In this document: positions 36,720 to 49,400 of the stretch, piece after piece
Numbering within the stretch: position 1 is the stretch's first letter
How the letters are laid out: each line of letters opens with the position of its first letter
Assembly (NCBI GenBank): GCA_965645245.1
Contig: OZ287083.1
Coordinates: 744,001 to 808,000, forward strand
Source of the DNA: Massalongia carnosa
Taxonomy: Eukaryota
DNA length: 64,000 nt
Direction: 5' to 3'
The notes under the pieces: generated by a model
The model's database searches: none
What the model was told of the DNA's origin: nothing
What the model saw: only the letters and a program-made list of their open reading frames with translations
Position numbers and translations under genes: made by a program

Positions 36720-39703
36720 TGAAGAAGGGTAGTCGTGCGTGCTAATGGAAGGTGGTGGTACGTGATGGTAGATGGCGAACTGAGCAGTGAACATACACAC
36801 ACACACAAACGTCTAAATGGACCTACGACTGCATAGACATGAAAAGAACTCGACGACTGAACGACTAAAGGACTGAACGACTAGTTGATGCACGAAATGA
36901 ACCTGTATCGATGACTACGTGACACGACGATGATGATGACAGCGTAGGTGATAGAAGATGATGATCGAGAATGATGTCCAGAGATAATGTAGAAAATGCC
37001 AGCAAAAAACCCGTTTTATCCCCACACAGGCCTGCCATGTCACCTGACCATAGATGACACATGTCGCCCTACCACATAGCCTCACACCCCAAAGATGCCG
37101 TCCCCTGGCATCTGTCAACAATTCCCCAGCTTATCTCTCCTGACCAATCAGAACTCGTCTCTGAGCCCTCGCCTCGCCTCTAGTCTGTCCGCCTCACTAG
37201 TCTGCCCTGCGGGCCAATCACAAGTCACATGATCACGTCACATGTGAAAAACACGACTCACATCGACACCTGTCCGCTGCTGAATAGCCTCCATCATCGT
37301 CACTATTGCCTGCCAGCCCTCGGGGGTGGACACGAACTGAATAAATCGTTGTTGACTGACTGATAGGTCTGTTGACGGTGATCCGGACGACTGCATGGAG
37401 TTAGCCTGAGGCGGAATGAACGCACCGCTCGCCCGATAGGCCTCAAATGTTGACAACGTAACCGTTTCAGGTAATGGCAAGGCATCAACCGGTGGTGCAG
37501 CTGGTAGGGCTGATGATAACGACGGAGGTGCTGACGGTGCTGGTGCTGACGCTGACTGATTAGATAGGCCGGGCCTGTCAAATGGAGTGGAACAATATGA
37601 AGCCGGAGGTGCAGGTAGTGTCCAGCGCGTACGTTTTGTACGTCTAGCCCGTGCGTGCCTAGCTCGGTCTGATTGCCATGGCCCTGACCTACATGAAGGT
37701 GGAAACGACCTCACTCAATTGGCTGACACGGTGGCACTAGCTGAAGATGAACTTGACCGTGCGAGAATTTCTTTCACTTTCGTCAGCAATTCAGTCAATA
37801 TCTCTCGACCCACGACAGTATGCAGCAATATTTTCGTGTTATCAGCACCTGCTAGTTGACATAGGGCGTCCGAAAGGGGAAGACTGGACAGTCGACACAT
37901 AGGAACTATCCAGGTGGAGGCCTGCAAATATAAAAACCCTAGTGCTCGACGAGAGATAGATAACTGAATGAGCGGCAAAGTAGACAGTTATTCATCGACA
38001 TTTGACGAAACGAAGGTCACTGATTGAACGAATAATGACGCTGAAAGTGTTAAACGTGCTGAACGAAAAGATGACGCTGAACGGGACGGTGATGCTGAAC
38101 GAGAAGGTGCTAAATAGTCGTCAATTTCGACGTAGCTGACGTCCGGAAGACGTCCGGCCATAGCTAGCTCCACATTGACCTCAGAGGCTGAATGAAATGA
38201 TGTTGATTTTGGCCTTTCCGGCCCCTTTTTTGATGACTCAATGACTGACTTAGTGTCCGCAGACGCAGTGACAGTAGACGCAGCGGACTCAGTTGTCGGC
38301 CTTTTCTCGGCCCGCGCTAGCTCAGTGCTAGAACCAGGTGCTGAACGTAAAATTGCTGATTTTGGCCCTTCCGGCCCACGTGTAGATGACTCAATTGCTG
38401 ACTCAGTGTCAGCTGACTTGATAGCGGTGATGACAGGTGCCGAAGACACGGCAGAACGGAAAGCGATGACGGGTGACGGTGGTGCGGTAGACGGTGCAGA
38501 CGGTGCAGACATAGTGACCGGTGGTGACACGGCGACTGTTGGAAAAATAGACAGCGATTCTGGAAAGTTTGTATGGACCACATGGGCCTTTTGTGCCCTA
38601 TATTTCGCAAACAATTCCTCCATGCTCATGTATAATCTTGTTGATGCAACCGAGGCAGTTGATGATGATACTGACGGTGCTGATGAACTGACAGACAATG
38701 CCCTCGACACGGAGATAGACCGGCGCTGTCTCGGCAGATGACGTCGCTGTCGCTTGCTAATAGGTGCGCTAGGTGAAGAAGAAGAAGCAGATAAAGATAA
38801 AGATATAGATGGAGATGCACTAGTGCTAGAGGTTGGTGGACTAGTGGTGGACGTGGAAGTAGACGACTCGAACGACTCGGACGACTCAGACGACTCGGAG
38901 GCAGAAACGGAGGCTCTTTTGGTAGGCCTACCACGTTTCGCTCGATTATAGTGTCGCTGTCGTTGACGTGCTCGTTTTAATGGTAGTGGAGTAGGTGAGG
39001 TCGGTCTAGTACTCTCGGACACGGTCGCATTGGCCCAAATGCAGAATGTAATGCACGAGGACATGGCCATCAGTGCAGTGAATAGAATGATTAGATAGTT
39101 CCTGGAATGTACGTCTAAAACGCATGCAGTCGGTGCTGGGATAGTGACGGAAGCGGTAGCGGTGGTAAAGAAGCTAATGGGGGCCATGTTGCTCGATGTG
39201 GTGCTGAAGGACTCGGTCGTGTACGGTCGGAGGTGGAGTAGACAGAGTGATCAGAGGTGCAAAACAAGGAGGTTTTTCGACGTTTGATGCTCAGTTCAAC
39301 CGCTCAATTGCACAAGTACAATCATATATCGCACCGTGGTCGCCAATGAAGAAGGGTAGTCGTGCGTGCTAAAGGAAGGTGGTGGTACGTGATGGTAGAT
39401 AGCGAACTGAGCAGTGAACATACACACACACACAAACGTCTGAATGGACCTACGACTGCATAGACATGAAAAGAACTCGACGACTGAACGACTAAACGAC
39501 TGAACGACTAGTTGATGCACGAAATTAACGTGTGTCGATAACTACGTGACACGACGATGATGATGACAGCGTAGATGATAGAAGATGATGATCGAGAATG
39601 ATATCTAGAGATGATAAAGACAACGCCAGCAAAAAACCCGTTTTATCCCCACACAGGCCTGCCATGTCACCTGACCATAGATGACACATGTCGCCCCACC
39701 ATA
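36720..39703 (-). mobile_element. Non-autonomous LTR element with single unknown ORF, copy 1
   Basis: ~357-bp direct repeats at 36720-37076 and 39347-39703, 4-bp TSD ATAG, PBS TGGCGACCACGGTGCGAT at 39328-39345 (minus strand), G-rich tract before the 3' LTR. Confidence 0.88.
37238..39187 (-). pseudogene. ~649-codon Ser/Pro/Ala/Thr-rich ORF of unknown function with two premature stops
   Basis: ORF-track pieces 37988-39187, 37715-37978 and 37238-37714 are in one frame. Both stops are sense codons in copy 2. Confidence 0.75.
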
Positions 39704-40220
39704 ATAGGTCAGGTGGTCGGGTGCTGGCGTCTTAGTGTTCCGGTTATATGAGTCTTTTTCTCGCACTTTTCCTTCTCATCTTTCGGGATATCTATCTTCG
39801 GATCATATTGCTATCAACATATAGCTATCATAGACACTTTCATTCATACAGCTAGTGGGCAATTGATAGGCATGATGATTTAATTCTCGATGTAGTAAAG
39901 CTCTATTGATTCGGTCATTTGTTTATTTGTTTTATCCTTCTAACGTTTGGCACAACCCAGTTTATCCCTTTACAGCGTTAGCCAGCACTTATGCTGATAA
40001 TAAGGGCTGGTCTTGTCATAGAGTATCTGCTACCTTTACTATCGTTTGGAAGGCCATTAAAAAGGATAAAAAACATACTACTTCCTTGCTCAAATATTCA
40101 GCCTATCAAACATGAGCAAACGTAGAAGACATCCTTCGTCAGCTTAATTATGATAACAAAAGAGGACTGAGTGTAGAGTGTCTCTATTATTTTACCCGTA
40201 GAAGCGATAGAATCGTTCCA

Positions 40221-40585
40221 TTGACGATTAATTCAGCTGTTGATAACGCTCTAGTCAATAATTCTCGACATGAATCTGCTACTGCTATCATTGTTGCTGA
40301 CGCTGTCGCTGGAGGCAAAGGCAGAAGCAAAAAGAGGACTATAAAGACGGATAAACTGTTGGCTCAGCGAGAAGAGCGTGCAATTTTACGAGATGATCTG
40401 GATAAACGTCAAGAGGCCTTACAAAGTTTAGGGTTATGCACTAGTTTAAGATGCAAATTCAAATGCAAATATTGCTGGATTGACAATAAAAAATATTATC
40501 CGCTAAATGCAGCTTATATTAATGCTTGGACTCAAGCTATAAAGAAGGGAAAATCTACTCATGAAAGGCCTCTACCGACTACATT
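40221..40585 (+). pseudogene. Cys-rich ORF relic interrupted by LINE-C; resumes after 42199
   Basis: CTSLRCKFKCKYCWIDNKKYYPL..W; cut exactly at the LINE TSD. Confidence 0.35.
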
Positions 40586-42186
40586 GATTGATTGATTTTT
40601 CTTACGCCGATATGACACCAGCTGAAGCTGGCCCATGCGGGAGATACTACATAGGCTATATAAAGGCAGAAAACCCGAACGGGTAAAAAACTGCTCCTGC
40701 GTACCAGGTTTGTAGAGGACTCGCTCTTTCCCCGGGTTGATCTCTACGGTTTGGGAAACCCGCTATACCCGTTATGCGCCTGAGTAAGTGCAAGAATAAA
40801 AGAGAAGAAAAGAAAATAAGTAGAAGAGAAAACCAATTCTCCTCTCATTATTGCTCCGTCATTTGCGCGGCAATGGTGTACTGTGTTAGTATGCCCGTAC
40901 GCATAAGCCATGCAGTGATTATTTTGATCGCTTTGGGGTCTGTTATCAGTTTTTGATAATCCAGCGAGCCAGCTGCACGCAACATATCGATTCTATTATG
41001 CAATCCGCAGAACATTATCACATGTTTCGCCGTTTGAAAGCGGCTTCCGCACAGGCAGGCCGCGGACTCAATGTCTGGCACCTTGCGTTTGAATAGAAAA
41101 CTCGCTAATCCGATTTTCTCTGTTCTAATTTGAATTGCGAGGGAGCTTTGCGCCTTATTCAGCAGCTTGTGCGTGTTCAACCTGTTTTTGTGCAATGGAC
41201 CCGACTGTGCTATTGTTGGATCAAGCGTATGTATTGATTGATACGCTATCCATTTGTCCTTCCATTTTTCTTTAAATCGTTTCGCTATGATTCCGTCTCT
41301 TTCTCTTTGAAGTGCGGCATATTCTGCTCGTTTTTCCTCTTGTGCATTCTCCGCTTTTTCCCATGGTGGTGTGCGTTTGGGCTTTCTCTTTGTTGATACT
41401 TCAGCTGTCAGCTTGGCCACCCATCTCTGTCTACGAGCTCCCGGTGTTTCTCCAATAATCCGTTGTCGCCCTCTTTTCCCTTTCAATCTCGTTCTGATTT
41501 TCTCGCATGCCTGTTCTATGACTTTTGCCTGACCGTTGTGTTGTAGCCTCGATCTACCTTTGGCCTGCAGATGATCCAAATGTTGCGTCAATGGACAGAT
41601 GAATGTTTCCGCCTGTAACACCTCGATGGGTGTGGCCCTGTACGCTCCGGCTACTACTCGTAAACATTTGTTTTGTACGATCTCGAGTTTGCTTTTCCTC
41701 GTGACTTTGACGTGCTTTTGTGTTTCCTCCGGCGTGTGCCATACCAGAGAACCATGGGTCATTGCCGGGCGTACCACCGCCGTGTACACGTGACGGGCTT
41801 GTAGGAGGGTCGCACCCCAAGTGGCTGCGGCGATTCTAGTCAGCGCTCTCGTTTGTCTCGTCATTTTCTTCTGTATCTCTTTGTAGTGCGCCGACCAATT
41901 GAGCCTCGTGTCTATGTACACCCCCAGCACTCGTACAGATTTCGTGACGTTGAGTAGTTTGCCGTTTACTGTGAAGGAAGCTTCGAGATTGAATTTCTTG
42001 GGATTTTTTGCTAGATGTATGAGCTCGTATTTATGCGGCGCGAACACGGAGCCGTGGCGTTTCGCCCATCGTTCGCAATTCTCGTGTATTTCTTTCAATG
42101 TTTTGCAATTTTCTTCCGTGGATTTGCCATATGTCAGGATGTTCACGTCGTCTACGAATCCTATGCCTGCCGCGTTTGTGCTGGGT
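40586..42186 (-). mobile_element. 5'-truncated Tad1-like LINE (LINE-C), related to LINE-A
   Basis: ORF2 C-terminal half starting at the FVDD region, 3' UTR homologous to 8840-8950, (AATC)n tail, 13-bp TSD TACCGACTACATT at 40573-40585 and 42187-42199. Confidence 0.93.
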
Positions 42187-42356
42187 TACCGACTACATTA
42201 GAGGTTCTTTTTTTATCAAAACGAAAGGCCGATGCTCTCGAAAAGAAAGAGTATAAAGCAATCGTTAAAGAATCCGTCCTTCGGCAAAGTATTCGATGAC
42301 TGCAGGTCCAGCATATCTACCTCCTTATTATTAATTTTTATATCCATATCAATAAC

Positions 42357-42733
42357 TGTTGAATATCCAACTCCTATCAGTATAATGAATATGGCATCTA
42401 GGAAACCGTAGAAGCCGTATTAAACCTAGTCCTAAGATAAGATAAAGATTACCTTGCTTAATAAAAGGTGACTAGTAATAGGATAAAGACTGCTGAACAG
42501 CACTCTTTATCCTTAACATCACGGTTATAAATACACTTATTATTATATAGTTATATAGCTATAGTCATATGCATATTAACTCATGTTATAAACCTGGAAG
42601 GGTGTTATTGATTCTACACGAATCGAAAACCTTTTATCCGTAGTACTATAATGGTAAATAAGCTAAGCAATCGTCTTCTTTTGAATTCTTACAGACAAGA
42701 AGCTGAATCATCTGTGTCTTTAGAAACAATCCC
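42357..42733 (+). repeat. Diverged copia LTR plus start of leader (same family as 14201)
   Basis: Begins TGTTGAATATCCAA and is colinear with 14201-14612, including a decayed PBS (GTTATAAACC). Confidence 0.8.
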
Positions 42734-42742
42734 AACCCCTTG

Positions 42743-42893
42743 TACGCCGTGTAAAGGGTTGGGTTTTCGCCACAAAATTGCTTTTTCGCCAACGGGTTTT
42801 TCTTTCAAACTCAACCTGGACACCAAAAATCATAGGGTTCGCCACAAACGGGTTGGGTGTTCAGTAGAGAAACCCGACCCGTTGCGCGGCGTA
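42743..42893. mobile_element. hAT-family MITE (151 bp), copy 2, inverted relative to copy 1
   Basis: TACGCC...GGCGTA ends. Exact 8-bp TSD ACCCCTTG at 42735-42742 and 42894-42901. Confidence 0.92.
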
Positions 42894-43674
42894 ACCCCTT
42901 GACTATTTATTATTACAAGAATAATACAAATTACAACGATTATTCTTGATTCATAAAAGCAAGAGATATTGAAGAAGGGTAGTCATGCGTGCTAATGGAA
43001 GGTAGTGGTTCGTGATGATAGATTGTGAACTGAGCAGTGAATACACACACACACAATCGTCTGAATAGACCTACGACTGCATAGACATTAAAGAAGGGTA
43101 GTCGTGCGTGCTAATGGAAGGTGATAGTACGTGATGATAGATGACGAACTGAGCAGTGAATACATACACATACGCCGCGGAATGGGTTGGGTTATTAAAT
43201 TGAGAACCCAACCCAATGGGTTTTGGGTTGGGTTGGGTTATCGTTGTGTTACCCAACAGAAAAGGGTACTGATATACATATGGACACCCCATCCGCTACC
43301 TAGACACACCCTCTCCGGCTACCTAGACACACCCCTTCCGGCTTTTCAATCATTGTAGATTTATTTTAATGACTATCACAAAGTAAAATATAGATTATAG
43401 ATAAAACATTTATTTCGTTGACGTCGAACTACCATAAAGACTATCACAAATTCATATGCTATCTTCTATCGAATATCGAAGTATGTCGCCCATTCATGGC
43501 TTCCTATTTAAAACTCGTAAAGAAAGTCTCTCGCCATCTCTTCCTTTACTCTCCACCTTCTTGTCACCCCCACCCTCTCTATTGCCCTCCTCTACCTCAT
43601 CCTCCACCACACCCTCCTCCTCCGCCTCCTCCTCCTCCTCATCCACTACACCCTTTCCTCCTCCTCCTCCTCTA

Positions 43675-43874
43675 NNNNNNNNNNNNNNNNNNNNNNNNNN
43701 NNNNNNNNNNNNNNNNNNNNNNNNNNNNNNNNNNNNNNNNNNNNNNNNNNNNNNNNNNNNNNNNNNNNNNNNNNNNNNNNNNNNNNNNNNNNNNNNNNNN
43801 NNNNNNNNNNNNNNNNNNNNNNNNNNNNNNNNNNNNNNNNNNNNNNNNNNNNNNNNNNNNNNNNNNNNNNNNNN
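43675..43874. other. Assembly gap (200 N) next to a (CCT)n-rich tract
   Basis: Run of N characters in the sequence. Confidence 0.99.
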
Positions 43875-43893
43875 TTTCTGTAGAATAATTAGC

Positions 43894-46426
43894 TCAAGAA
43901 GACACGAAAGTAAGTGACCCGATACTTACATCTCGCGCTGAGACCTGCTCAACCTGCGATGACCCGATCTGCGTTAACTGATCCTCGTCATTGTTATCGT
44001 CTTCTTCATCACTAATGTAGACCTTCTGAAAAACCTGTGTTAGGTCTTCATGTCGCCTTTGCATCTCATTAGTCAAATCCTCAAGACTCATGCTTTCTTC
44101 TTCTTCCAAATCTACGTGTAAACTTGCATCTGCATTCTCCTTCTGATCGTGGAAACGAACCATCATCATCGCGGAGAATGTATCCGGATGAAAATTCTTG
44201 CGATGATCGTAAAGGGCTCCCGCAACGCTAAAAACGCGCTCACATCCAACGCCCGCGGCTGGTACAGCAAGGATGTCCCTGGCAACCATACTCATTTGTG
44301 GAAATTCCGGCTCGAGATCTTTCCACTGTTGTAGAATAGGACCCGAACGTTCATGCATCACTGTGTACTATAAATAGGTTGAACACAATGAGAAAAGACC
44401 TGATTTATTGTATCAGTTAACCTACCTCGCTGACGATAGCAGTTGAACTCGTCATCTAGAGCGAGGGGAGTAGCATTATTCGTACTCAGAAGAAGATCCA
44501 GATTATTCAAGTCTCGAATGACTGCGACGTTACGCCCGCGTACTTGTGAGGTTTGAGAATTCTCGTAGATATCGAATTCCGCTTCCAGAGATTGCCAATA
44601 TTGATCTTCCTATCGACTTTCCCCATAGGGCGCATCCCAATTGGGACCCTTGAAAATTAGGTCCTTCTTATTAGGAGATAGTAATGCCGCCTTTCCATAT
44701 AGATAACCTAATGACCCCTGAGTTTTAGAATAGTATTGACGTAATTTCGTTGCAGCCGCCTCGATGCCATTCAATAGCGCCTGTTTCCACGATACTCGCT
44801 TACGAGATAATCTTGCGCGAGATTGATCCAGATGATCGAATAGTTTATTGTAGATCTCAAACACCTGATAAATGGTCGGTTGCTTTGATTGACCAATCAT
44901 CTTTGTGAGGATGCAGAATAGCTTCGTTAAATCGATAAGATATTCTATCTGTAACCATTCCACGTCGAGCAATCTCAAATACTCGGATTTATGTTTATCA
45001 TGATATCTATTCAGCGCTTGTCGCAACTTGAGCGCTCGAATTAACATGTGACATGTGGAGTCCCATCGAGTATTTACATCTTGAGAAAGCTTAAGTACTA
45101 TACCGCTGACCGAGTTTCCAGTGCGTCTCTCTTCGTCATTCAATGCTCGTTGAACAGCGTAGAACTTCTCCTTACGTAAATTGCTACTGTTAATGCAAAC
45201 AGCTAATGCTCGAACCTAATCGAAATTTAGAACGACTACCACAACGACTACCATAAAATAAATCTTGCCTTAGCTAGCGTAAGGGGAACTCCAGGTGTCG
45301 GGTTTTCGAAATCCCGTCTATCTTGCTTATCATCCCAGCTAGTTTGGAAATCGGCATTTTTCGGATTAATATGAATACACCCAATTAGATGTTTTACGGC
45401 AAGTTGAATTACATGCGATAAACAAGGCACTCGCTGTATCTCATTAGCATTAGTGTGTAGAAGTTCCAAGGCTCGATTGCTTCGTATCATTCGTCGCAAC
45501 TCATCTACCAATGTTGTGTTATTAGATGCACTATCCGTGGTTAATGCCAAAACACGATCTTCAATAGAATGTCTAATTAAAACGCTGTTCAATACTTCAG
45601 CAAGTTTTATTCCCGTGTGTGAGCCTTCAACGTGTTCGAAAGCAAGAAGCACTTCGTGATAATTCTATTTATCGTCAATGAAGTAAGCATTGATGGCCAG
45701 ATAACCTTGACGATTAAATGACGACCAACAATCCAAAGCCAGAGAGACCTTTGAACTACCCCTAGGTAGCCTCTCGAGCAAAAGTGGAATAATCTCTTGA
45801 CTTCGGGTCATCAAGCGATTCTTGATTGTCGATAGTGAAGGAAACTGTACATTATCGAGCAGACAGTTGAACGCTCTTTGCAATTCGACATTGGCGACAC
45901 TTCGTAACGGTAGCCCAAGAGCAACAATCATACGAAGCAATTGAGGCGTGAAATCATCCTTTTTTATTTTACGCCCGTTGAGAGTTAAGGCCTCTTGTCT
46001 TTTGCTTCAATCTAATATTGATTAGCAGAGCACGTAATGTGGTAGTCATTGTGGTAGTCATACTTCGGCACGATATCCAACCTTTAAGGAAAGTTACTTC
46101 ATTCCTTTCAATGTCGACGCCTTTTTACAGGACTCGGAATTTAAGTTATTAGTCATGCAGTTGTTTCCAGAGCCCAGTAAGGGATGAGTCAAGACCAGGG
46201 AGCATCGCGACCAGATTATTTTGGGATTACTATCGCCCACAGTGGCGCCTTCCTGAAACTCTTTCCATTCCGCCGCCTTTCTTTTAGTCGATCCCCAATC
46301 GATCTTCTTTATCGCCTTTCTACTCTTCTCTTCATTAGCAAAATGCCATCTCGTACTTCGCCACCATTCCATAAACTCCTCGCTCTTCTCGGCCACATAT
46401 GCGTAGCATCTGGTGGGTTTGCCCAC
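43894..46426 (-). pseudogene. hAT transposase with introns and premature stops
   Basis: LALDCWSS, TTDSASNN, CLSHVIQL, QDVNTRWDST, and dimerisation domain ARDILAVPAAGVGCERVFS. Confidence 0.9.
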
Positions 46427-49400
46427 AACTTAAAGATCATATATCTCTGAATCTATCATCTGCGAGCTGCTTATTATTGCGAATGACGAGGATTGTATAT
46501 ATAGAAATGTTAGGAATTGTAATGGGCTACGAGACCAGTAAGCTTATCACGAGCGACACTGATCTCGAAAGGGGAAATGCTCAGCGTGAGAGGAGGAAGA
46601 TAGCTACTACGTGCTAGTCTCCGAGAGTATACGTGATCCAAAGAACTAATGGATGTGGAAGTGCTTAGACCAAGAGATCTCGTCCGAGACCTAAACGTAG
46701 GTTGTTCATAGAATAAAGACTAATTGCTAACGAATACTACAAGATTCGTTCTGATATTTATCCTACTCACCCCAAGCCTATAGCCTTGGGAGCCTTGGAG
46801 CCTTAGGAGCCTTGCAAGCCTTGGGAGCCTTGCGAGCCTTACAGCCTTGCAATCCACATCCGACTTTATCGCATTACATCCAACCATCCCTCAAGATCCA
46901 TCCACGAACTCGGCGTTCGTTGGATCATCTAGTCAGCCTCGAGCAGCCTTCTAGATCTTCCCTTGCAAGGTAAAACAATTCTACCCCAGGCTAGATCCCT
47001 CACTACATGCCTCAGGCTATGTAGCTTCATTTCGCCGTCACCACTACCTAGTGATGGAAGGTTACCTCCGACTGAATACCTCGCTACACTGCGGACCTGC
47101 CTCTAGACACAAGGTCTAGACAACGAGGTCATGTAGGTTCATTCAGCCGACATCACTACCAACCTAGTAATAAAGGTTGAAGCTGAAGTTTACACCGGGG
47201 AGCCAAGCTCAAGCTGCGTCCAGCGAGCCGTGCCTCCTGCTACCTCTCTTGAACTATCAAGAGATCCAGTAGCTCCGAGTAGGCCAGTAGATTCCATATA
47301 GAGTTCCTCGGCGTCTCCACAGGAGTCCGCCTTACACTCCATGGCAATCTACCACCACGGCCTCGACAGGTGTTTGATCTGTAAGTAGTCAAGAACGTGA
47401 TAACAATAACTCCGAAGTTTCGGGCAAGATGGCAGTGTGTCAGCCTCGACGGCTTATGCGACTTCGTACTACGGCATGGTCCACGCTAGTTAATCCCGCA
47501 ACCGCCATAGGCGAGCACGTATCCCTCTAGCGCCATCCGTATTACAGGAATGTAGCTGTAGAAATGTAACTTCATTGACTAGATTATGCTGCGATAAAGC
47601 ATTAATAACTACCTTTATGTTCTAAACACTCAGTCCAATCCAACGCATGCATACATATTCAACCTAAACTAGCCAACCCAACATAGTCATACTGAACCTA
47701 ACCATACCCAACCTAACCTAGTTGCCACGCGCAACCACTGATAACCTGTCTGTTTGCCTGTTTGCTTTTAGATATGTACAGAATACCCGGACCAGGTGGC
47801 AGAACTGGTGCGATAAGAAAACCAACTACCAGGAAGAGTATGCCTGGTGGTAAGTAGATGGTATAGTTGAGAATACATAAGATACTAACGCCGATCGCGA
47901 CGTTGATAAGTCAAGGTTATTGATTACCATTACTAAGCATGTGATTTGGGTAACCCAATGAAAACCCAACCCGAACCCAACCCAACCCAACCCATTCCGC
48001 GGCGTACACAAACACAAACGTCTGAATAGACCTACGACTGCATAGACATGAAAAGAACTCGACGACTGAACGACTGAACGACTAGTTGATGTGCGAAATG
48101 AACGTGTGTCGATCACTAACTGACACGACGATAATAATGACAGCTTAGGTGATAGAAGATGATGTCCCGAGATGATAAAGAAAACGCCAGCAAAAAACCC
48201 GTTTTATCCCCACACAGGCCTGCCATGTCACCTGACCATAGATGACACATGTCGCCCCACTACATAGCCTCATACCCCAAAGATGCCCTCCCCTGGCATC
48301 TGTCAACACTTCCCCAGCTCACCTCTCCTGACCAATCAGAACTCGTCTCTGAGCCCTCGCCTCGCCTCTAGTCTGTCCGCCTCACTATTCTGCCCTGCGG
48401 GCCAATCATAACTCACATGATTACGTCACATGTGAAAAACACGACTATTATCGACCCCTATCCGCTGCTGAATAGCCTCCATCATCGTCACTATTGCCTG
48501 CCAGCCCTCGGTGGTGGACACGAACTGAATAAATCGTTGTTGACTGACTGATGGAAACGTTGACGGTGATCTAGATGACTGCATGGAGTTAGCCTGAGGC
48601 GGAATGAACGCACCGCTCGCCCGATGGGCCTCAAATGTTGACGACGTGACTGTTTCAGGTAATGGCAAGGCATCAACCGGTGGTGCAGCTGGTAGGGCTG
48701 ATGATAACGACGGAGATGCTGACGGTGCTGGTGCTGACGCTGACTGATTATATAGGCCGGGCCTGTCAAATAGAGTGGAATAATATGAAACCGGAGGTAC
48801 AGGTAGTGTCCAGCGCGTACGTTTTCCACGTCTAGCCCGTGCGTGCCTAGCTCGGTCTGACTGCCATGGCCCTGACCTACATGGAGGTGGAAACGACCTC
48901 ACCCGATTGGCTGACACGGCGGCACTAGCTGATGACCGTGCGAGAACTTCTTTCACTTTTGTCAGCAACCCGGTCAAAATCTCTCGACCCACGACAGTGT
49001 GCAGCAGTAATTTCCTGTTATCAGCACCTGCTAGTTGATTTATGGCTTCCGAAAGGGGAAGGCTGGAAAGTCGACACATAGGAACTATCCAGGTAAAGGC
49101 CTGCAAATTTAAAAACCCTAGTGCTCGACGATAGATAGATGACTGAATGAGCGGCAAAGTAGACAGATATTCATCGATATTTGACGAAACAAAGGTTACT
49201 GATTGAACAAATAATGCCGCTAAATGTGTTGAACGTGCTGAACGAAAAGATGACGCTAAACGAGACGGTGATGCTGAACGAGAAGATGCTAAATAGTCGT
49301 CAATTTCGACGTAGCTGACGTCCGGAAGACGTCCGGCCATAGCTAGCTCCACATTGACCTCAGAGGCTGAATGAAATGATGTTGATTTTGTCCTTTCCGG

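Larger units (their letters stand above)
43171..48006 (-). mobile_element. hAT DNA transposon
   Basis: 23-bp perfect TIRs TACGCCGCGGAATGGGTTGGGTT and subterminal AACCC repeats. Imperfect 8-bp TSD CATACACA/CACAAACA inside a (CA)n run. Confidence 0.9.

Noticed and set aside
43418..43917. Pro/Ser-rich ORFs
   Set aside because: They arise from a (CCT)n tract and read through the N gap.
47960..47995. Telomere-like AACCC repeats
   Set aside because: They are subterminal repeats of the hAT element, not TTAGGG arrays.
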